Below, piece after piece: positions 59,356 to 64,000 of a stretch of 64,000 nucleotides of DNA (its first letter is position 1; the number at the start of each line of letters is the position of its first letter). The notes beneath the pieces are model-generated. The model was not told the DNA's origin and did no database searches. It saw only the letters and a program-made list of their open reading frames with translations. The stretch spans positions 1,312,001 through 1,376,000 of the forward strand of contig CAVZZO010000003.1 in assembly GCA_963779755.1 (NCBI GenBank). Reading direction: 5' to 3'. A program made the position numbers and the translations under genes. This DNA is from an uncultured Gemmatimonadales bacterium. GTDB lineage: Bacteria > Gemmatimonadota > Gemmatimonadetes > Gemmatimonadales > GWC2-71-9.

Positions 59356-60771
59356 TCAGACCCTCCGATCCACCCAGCGTCCCCGCCGGAACAACCCCGC
59401 CGCCGCCAGCGTCAGGGCTCCCTCCGCCAGCGGAATGGAGAGGAAGACGCCGAGCGGGCCCATCTGGCGCGACAAGAGCCAGGCCAGCGGGATCTCCAGC
59501 AGCCAGAAGCAGCTAAGATTGAGCCAGGTTGGCGTCCAGGGATCGCCCGCCCCGTTGAACGCGCTGGTGAGCACCATGCCCAGGGCGTAAAAGGCGAACC
59601 CCAGGCTCAGGATGCGCAGCGCGGTCACCGCTAACGGTGCCGCGCCAGGGTCGCTGGTAAAGACGCCCACCACCGGCCCCGCCCACACAAGGAATACCAG
59701 CCCGATCCCGCCCAGGAACGCCACGTTCACCTGCGCTGCCCGCCAGACCGCCCGGCGGGCGCGCTCCGGCTTTCCCGCCCCCAGCGCCTGCCCCACCATG
59801 GTGGCGGCGGCGTTGGCCAGTCCCCAGGAGGGCAGCAGCGCGAAGATGGCGAGCCGGATGGCCACGGTATACCCCGCCACCGCCGCCTCGCCGAAGGTGG
59901 AAAGAATCCGGACGAGCCCGATGTAGCTCGAGGTGGCCACCAGCACCTGGAAGGTGCCGGTGCCCGAGAGCCGCAGCACCCGGCGCATGATATCCGGACG
60001 GAGCCGCAGATCGGGGCGGCGGATGCAGAGCCGCCCCCCATCGCGGCTCAGGCGGTAGGCCTGATAGAGCACGGCCGTCCCCCGCCCCATCGTGGTCGCC
60101 ACGGCGGCGCCGGTGACGCCCAGCGCGGGGAAGGGCCCCAGCCCGAAGATCAGACAGGGGTCCAGCACCAGATTGATGCCGTTGCCCAGCCAGAGCGTCC
60201 GCATGGCAATGGCGGGATCGCCCGCACCGCGGAAGATGGCATTGATCAGAAACAGCAGCAGCACGCTGGCGCTGCCGCCCAGCATCATGCGCGTGTACCC
60301 GGCCCCATGCAGCGCCAGCGCGGGCGAGGCGCCCATCAGGCGGAGCAACTGGGGCGCCAGGGTGATCCCCGCCAGGGCCACCCCAGCCGCCACCAGCAGG
60401 CCCAGGGCGATCCCCTGCACCGCCGCCGTGGCGGCGGCGGCGGGATCCTTCTCGCCGATACGCCGGGCCACCATGGCGCTGACCCCGATGCCCAGGCCGA
60501 TGGCTGCGGTATAGACCAGGGTCATCATGCTCTCGGTAAGCCCCACGGTGGCGATCGCCTCCGCTCCCAGGCGCGACACCCAGAAGATGTCGGTGAGCGC
60601 GAAGACCGATTCCATGGCAGTCTCCAGCACCATGGGGACGGCGAGCAGCAGCAGCGCGCGGCCGATGGGGCCGGCGGTATAGTCGTGCGGCACCCCGCGT
60701 ATGGCATCGCCGATCAGGCGGCGCCATGGCCGCCGGTGTGGCCGCTGTTCCAGAATCTGTTCGGTTGCCAT
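59356..60771 (-). CDS. MATE family efflux transporter
   Basis: About 12 TM; LAVPM, RGAGD, NLVLDPCLIFG, GAAVAT, VGQALGAG motifs. Confidence 0.93.
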   Translation of the reverse strand: MATEQILEQRPHRRPWRRLIGDAIRGVPHDYTAGPIGRALLLLAVPMVLETAMESVFALTDIFWVSRLGAEAIATVGLTESMMTLVYTAAIGLGIGVSAMVARRIGEKDPAAAATAAVQGIALGLLVAAGVALAGITLAPQLLRLMGASPALALHGAGYTRMMLGGSASVLLLFLINAIFRGAGDPAIAMRTLWLGNGINLVLDPCLIFGLGPFPALGVTGAAVATTMGRGTAVLYQAYRLSRDGGRLCIRRPDLRLRPDIMRRVLRLSGTGTFQVLVATSSYIGLVRILSTFGEAAVAGYTVAIRLAIFALLPSWGLANAAATMVGQALGAGKPERARRAVWRAAQVNVAFLGGIGLVFLVWAGPVVGVFTSDPGAAPLAVTALRILSLGFAFYALGMVLTSAFNGAGDPWTPTWLNLSCFWLLEIPLAWLLSRQMGPLGVFLSIPLAEGALTLAAAGLFRRGRWVDRRV

Positions 60772-60790
60772 ACGCCACTCCCGCTCCCGG

Positions 60791-60835
60791 AAATGAAGAA
60801 CCCCGCCTGGCTCTGACTTGGCACAGGCGGGGTTC
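60791..60835 (-). terminator. Terminator/attenuator hairpin 20 bp upstream of the MATE start
   Basis: GAACCCCGCCTG-N14-CAGGCGGGGTTC followed by TTCATTT. Confidence 0.7.
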
Positions 60836-60872
60836 CGCGGAATCGAAGCGAGGGAGGATTACTCCCGGGTCC

Positions 60873-60986
60873 TCATGCGGAGCCTCGCTCGTCTGTGCCT
60901 TCGCTGATCGGCCGGACCACCGGCGCCCGCACGCCCGCGGCGGGCGTGTAGCTGGTGACATCGGCGATGACGAAGGCGTTCCGCAT
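60873..60986 (-). CDS. Putative 37-aa leader peptide (MRNAFVIADVTSYTPAAGVRAPVVRPISEGTDERGSA)
   Basis: Short ORF lying between a strong promoter and the terminator hairpin. Confidence 0.4.
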   Translation of the reverse strand: MRNAFVIADVTSYTPAAGVRAPVVRPISEGTDERGSA

Positions 60987-61032
60987 GTTTCTGCTCGGTT
61001 TGGGCCGGGATCCGGCGATTACAGAGTTAGCC

Positions 61033-61061
61033 ACTTTAATGGCTGGGCCCCGGCCTGTCAA
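61033..61061 (-). promoter_or_regulatory. Sigma-70 promoter for the MATE leader region
   Basis: TTGACA-N17-TAAAGT. Confidence 0.75.
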
Positions 61062-61186
61062 CTTCATCCCGTCACTCACCCCTCTCCAGTTCCCGGCCCC
61101 GTGAGGCCAGTCACAGCAGCGGGTCGGGGCTTCCCCCGATACTGCCCGCCAGGCATCAGGCCACCCCCACAGCCCGAGAGGCAGAC

Positions 61187-61957
61187 ATGTTCACCCATTC
61201 GAAAACCCTTGCCGTGCTGGCGGCCGGCGCCTTGCTCCTGGGCGGCTGTAACGGCCGGGAGCAGGCCAATTCTGACCAGAACGCCACCCCGCCTGCCGAG
61301 ATGGCAACCAGCCAGGGTTCGGCCCAGATCCGGCTGGTCAACGTCCTCCCCAGCCAATCGGTGACGCTGTTCGCCGATTCCACCCAGGTCGCGACCGCTT
61401 CGGCCAATCAGGCCGGCAGTTGGCAGACCGTGCCCGCGACGGCGGTGGACCTCAAGGTTGTGCTTCCCGGCGGCAGCCCGGATAGCGCCGCCGCCAAGTC
61501 GAGCAAGGAGCTGGACGCCAACCAGCGGTACACCGCGCTGGTGCTGCCGCCGGAGAACCCGGACGACCAGCCCAAGCTGACCATCCTGCAGGAGAACTAT
61601 CAGCCGCCGGAGGAGGGCAAAGCCCGGCTCCGCATCATCAACGTGATTACCCCGGGGCAGTCGGTGGACATCTATGCCCAGGGGAACCGGGACCCCATCG
61701 TGTCCGGCGTGGACTACGAGTCCGATACGGGACTCAACGACGTGCAGCCGGTCACCGGGAATCTCCTGGTCCGCCCGTCCGATAGCAAGACGACGCTAAC
61801 GACCATCAGGGATGTGAAGCTGGTTCCCGGGGTCACCTATACCTTCCTCCTCACCGGCACGCCGAAGAACGTGACCGTGATGAAGCTGGGGGCGGATAGC
61901 GCGGCAACCGGCGCGGATACCACGGCCCACGACAGCGATACCACCACCGGAGGGTGA
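61187..61957 (+). CDS. DUF4397-like domain lipoprotein
   Basis: Lipobox LLGGC; two IRLVNV / LRIINV beta-sandwich repeats ending YTALV / YTFLL. Confidence 0.75.
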   Translation: MFTHSKTLAVLAAGALLLGGCNGREQANSDQNATPPAEMATSQGSAQIRLVNVLPSQSVTLFADSTQVATASANQAGSWQTVPATAVDLKVVLPGGSPDSAAAKSSKELDANQRYTALVLPPENPDDQPKLTILQENYQPPEEGKARLRIINVITPGQSVDIYAQGNRDPIVSGVDYESDTGLNDVQPVTGNLLVRPSDSKTTLTTIRDVKLVPGVTYTFLLTGTPKNVTVMKLGADSAATGADTTAHDSDTTTGG

Positions 61958-62004
61958 GGCGTAGGAGCCAAGACACCGGACCTGAAACGCGAAGAAACGG
62001 TGGG

Positions 62005-62046
62005 GAAAAAAGGGGAAGCGAAAAACGATCGCTTCCCCTTTTTTCC
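62005..62046. terminator. Bidirectional terminator-like hairpin
   Basis: AAAAAAGGGGAAGCG-N9-CGCTTCCCCTTTTTT. Confidence 0.75.
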
Positions 62047-62138
62047 TGTTCCCTGGTCCCTGTTCTCTGGTCCCTGGTCCCTGGTACCTGGTCCCTGGTA
62101 CCTGGTCCCTGGTCCCTGGTCCCTGGTCCCTGGTCCCC
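62047..62138. repeat. 7-bp tandem repeat (TGGTCCC) x~13
   Basis: Directly visible, with a few degenerate units. Confidence 0.9.
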
Positions 62139-62180
62139 CTCCCCTTTCCCCTTTCCCGCACGCTCAGCATACCTTTCAGC

Positions 62181-62732
62181 ATGCCTTCCAGCCTTCAGAC
62201 CGCGACCCTCGCCGCCGGGTGCTTCTGGTGCATCGAAGCGGTCATAGAACGCCTGCGCGGGGTCGAGCGCGTGGTGTCGGGCTATACCGGCGGCTCGGTG
62301 CCCGACCCCACCTATGAGCAGGTCTGTACCGGGACCACCGGCCATGCCGAGGCGGTGCAGGTCACGTTCGATCCGGACGTAATCAGCTATCGCGAGCTGC
62401 TGGAGATTTTCTTCGCGTTTCACGATCCGACCACGCTCAACCGCCAGGGGCCCGACCGGGGCACCCAGTACCGTTCGGCCATCTTCGCGGCAGACCAGGA
62501 TCAGGAGCAGGCGGCACGGGAAGTCATCGCCGATCTCACCCTGCGCGGAGTGTTTCCCGATCCCATCGTCACCCAGGTGGAGCGGCTGGGCACGTTCTAT
62601 CCAGCCGAGGCGTACCATCAGGAGTACTATCGGCGAAATCCCAACCAGATGTACTGCCAGGCCATGATCTCCCCCAAAGTGAGCAAGCTGCGGCAGCACT
62701 ATGCCGAGCGGCTCAACTCGCTTTCCGGCTGA
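62181..62732 (+). CDS. msrA: Peptide-methionine (S)-S-oxide reductase
   Basis: GCFWC, GYTGG, TGHAE, HDPTTLNRQG, AEAYHQEY motifs. Confidence 0.96.
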   Translation: MPSSLQTATLAAGCFWCIEAVIERLRGVERVVSGYTGGSVPDPTYEQVCTGTTGHAEAVQVTFDPDVISYRELLEIFFAFHDPTTLNRQGPDRGTQYRSAIFAADQDQEQAAREVIADLTLRGVFPDPIVTQVERLGTFYPAEAYHQEYYRRNPNQMYCQAMISPKVSKLRQHYAERLNSLSG

Positions 62733-62767
62733 CCGCCGAGGGGCCGTCCCAGACGGCGCGCCTCCGC

Positions 62768-63005
62768 GATCCGCAGATTACGCAGATTGACTCCGATGCC
62801 TGCGGCGCTTCGTGGAGCGTCGCTGCGCCATCAGAGTGATCCACAGATTACAGAGATTGACGCCGGTGCCTGCGGCATTCCGTGGAGCGTCGCCGAGCCA
62901 CCACAAAGAACGACTGTTCCTTCTTGCTTCGTGGGTGCCGGGGCCGCTGTCGGAGCGCGGCCCGGTCATAGAATCCCTCCGTGTAATCTGTGTAATCTGT
63001 GGATC
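62768..63005. repeat. CAGATTA-type inverted-repeat element with an internal 70-bp tandem duplication
   Basis: Units at 62768 and 62838; right arm GTAATCTGTGTAATCTGTGGATC ends at 63005. Confidence 0.85.
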
Positions 63006-63122
63006 AATCCATGGAAACTCGGGGCTTGACCGGAACCTCGCCGCCGCTCCCGATCCGCCCTCACGGATCCTTCAGGGTCTCTTCATTCTCCGGCTCCAAG
63101 GTTGGCGGGAAGGAGAACGACC

Positions 63123-64000
63123 ATGTCGCCGCTCTGGCCGGCCGCCCCCGACGTCTCACCTGATGTCATCACGCGGATGCGGGGGCTCAAGAATCTGGTA
63201 GGGAATACGCCGCTGCTCGCCATCGCCTATACCTGGCGGGGGGAGCCGCGGGTGCTCTACGCCAAGTGCGAGATGCAGAACCTCACCGGCAGCATCAAGG
63301 ACCGGCTGGCGCTGCACGTGATCCGGCGCGCCTATGAGAGCGGCGTATTGCGGCGCGGCGCGCCCATCGTGGCGGCCAGCACCGGCAATAGCGGCATCTC
63401 CTTCGCCGCCATCGGCCGGGCCATCGGGCACCCCGTCACCGTGGTCATGCCCCACTCGACGCCGCGGGAGCGGATCGATCTGGTCAGGTCGTTCGGCGCG
63501 GACGTGAGCCTGGCCCTGGACACGGGGGCGGGGATCCGGGATTGCGCCCGGCTGGCGGAGAGTGTGGCGGCGCCGCTGGAAGGGGCCCTGCTGGCCCACG
63601 ACTTCGCCAGGTCGTGCAACGCCGAGGCCCACGCGCGTACCACCGGGCCGGAGCTGTGGAGCCAGCTCTTCTCGCACGCCCTGAAGCCGGACGCGTTCGT
63701 GGCCGGCGTGGGCACCGGGGGGACCCTCATGGGAGTGGGACGCTATCTCCGGGCGATGCATCCTTCGATACGCCTGCATCCCCTGGAGCCGCGGAACGCG
63801 CCCGTGCTGTCATCTCCCCGGGCGGCTGGTCCGCACCGGATCGCCGGGCTCGCCGATGTGGGCCAGAGCATGCTCGCCGACCTCAAACATCTGGACGAAA
63901 TCCTCTCGGTGGACGACGGCGATGCCATCCGCATGGCTCAGGCACTGGCCCGCGTGCTGGGGCTGCCGGTAGGGATTTCCTCGGGGGCCAACTTCCTGGG
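63123..64000 (+). CDS. PLP-dependent cysteine synthase family protein (truncated by window end)
   Basis: Own translation from ATG 63123: VGNTPL, TGSIKDR, STGNSG, HARTTGPE, GVGTGGT, GISSGAN; RBS AAGGAG. Confidence 0.9.
   Translation, partial: MSPLWPAAPDVSPDVITRMRGLKNLVGNTPLLAIAYTWRGEPRVLYAKCEMQNLTGSIKDRLALHVIRRAYESGVLRRGAPIVAASTGNSGISFAAIGRAIGHPVTVVMPHSTPRERIDLVRSFGADVSLALDTGAGIRDCARLAESVAAPLEGALLAHDFARSCNAEAHARTTGPELWSQLFSHALKPDAFVAGVGTGGTLMGVGRYLRAMHPSIRLHPLEPRNAPVLSSPRAAGPHRIAGLADVGQSMLADLKHLDEILSVDDGDAIRMAQALARVLGLPVGISSGANFL

Noticed and set aside
63156..63779. 207-aa minus-strand ORF
   Set aside because: Shadow of the plus-strand cysteine synthase gene, absent from the ORF track because it runs off the window

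Overview
High-GC bacterial chromosomal window, most likely Gemmatimonadota or a similar Acidobacteriota-like lineage (inferred from gene content, not proven). Left part (1-25 kb): two tandem DUF4382-like lipoproteins, thiI, an atypical efp, a DAACS symporter, a LOG-family protein, addAB-like helicase-nuclease genes, malic enzyme, a double-PDZ protein, csp-rpsU, a Tat-exported glycosidase-like protein, a CocE/NonD hydrolase and a diheme cytochrome c-TPR protein. The dominant structure is a ~33 kb co-directional locus (25.0-57.7 kb): putative sigma-54 promoter, one periplasmic adaptor, an ABC ATPase, TEN tandem ~800-aa duplicated MacB/FtsX-type (ADOP-like) permeases, a DUF2911-like protein, a second ATPase, an NtrC-family regulator and a 2-TM histidine kinase. 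The permeases have divergent periplasmic domains but conserved termini. Several junctions carry the same ~125-bp hairpin element, and permease 8 is flanked by ~365-bp near-identical direct repeats, which suggests a recombination-driven cassette array. Other notable items are a candidate standalone structured ncRNA (about 5001-5145, minus strand), a leader-peptide/terminator upstream of a MATE gene, and many intergenic 7/8/9-bp tandem repeats often in inverted pairs. No CRISPR array, rRNA, tRNA, integrase or transposase was recognised. All family assignments are by eye from motifs; no searches were run.
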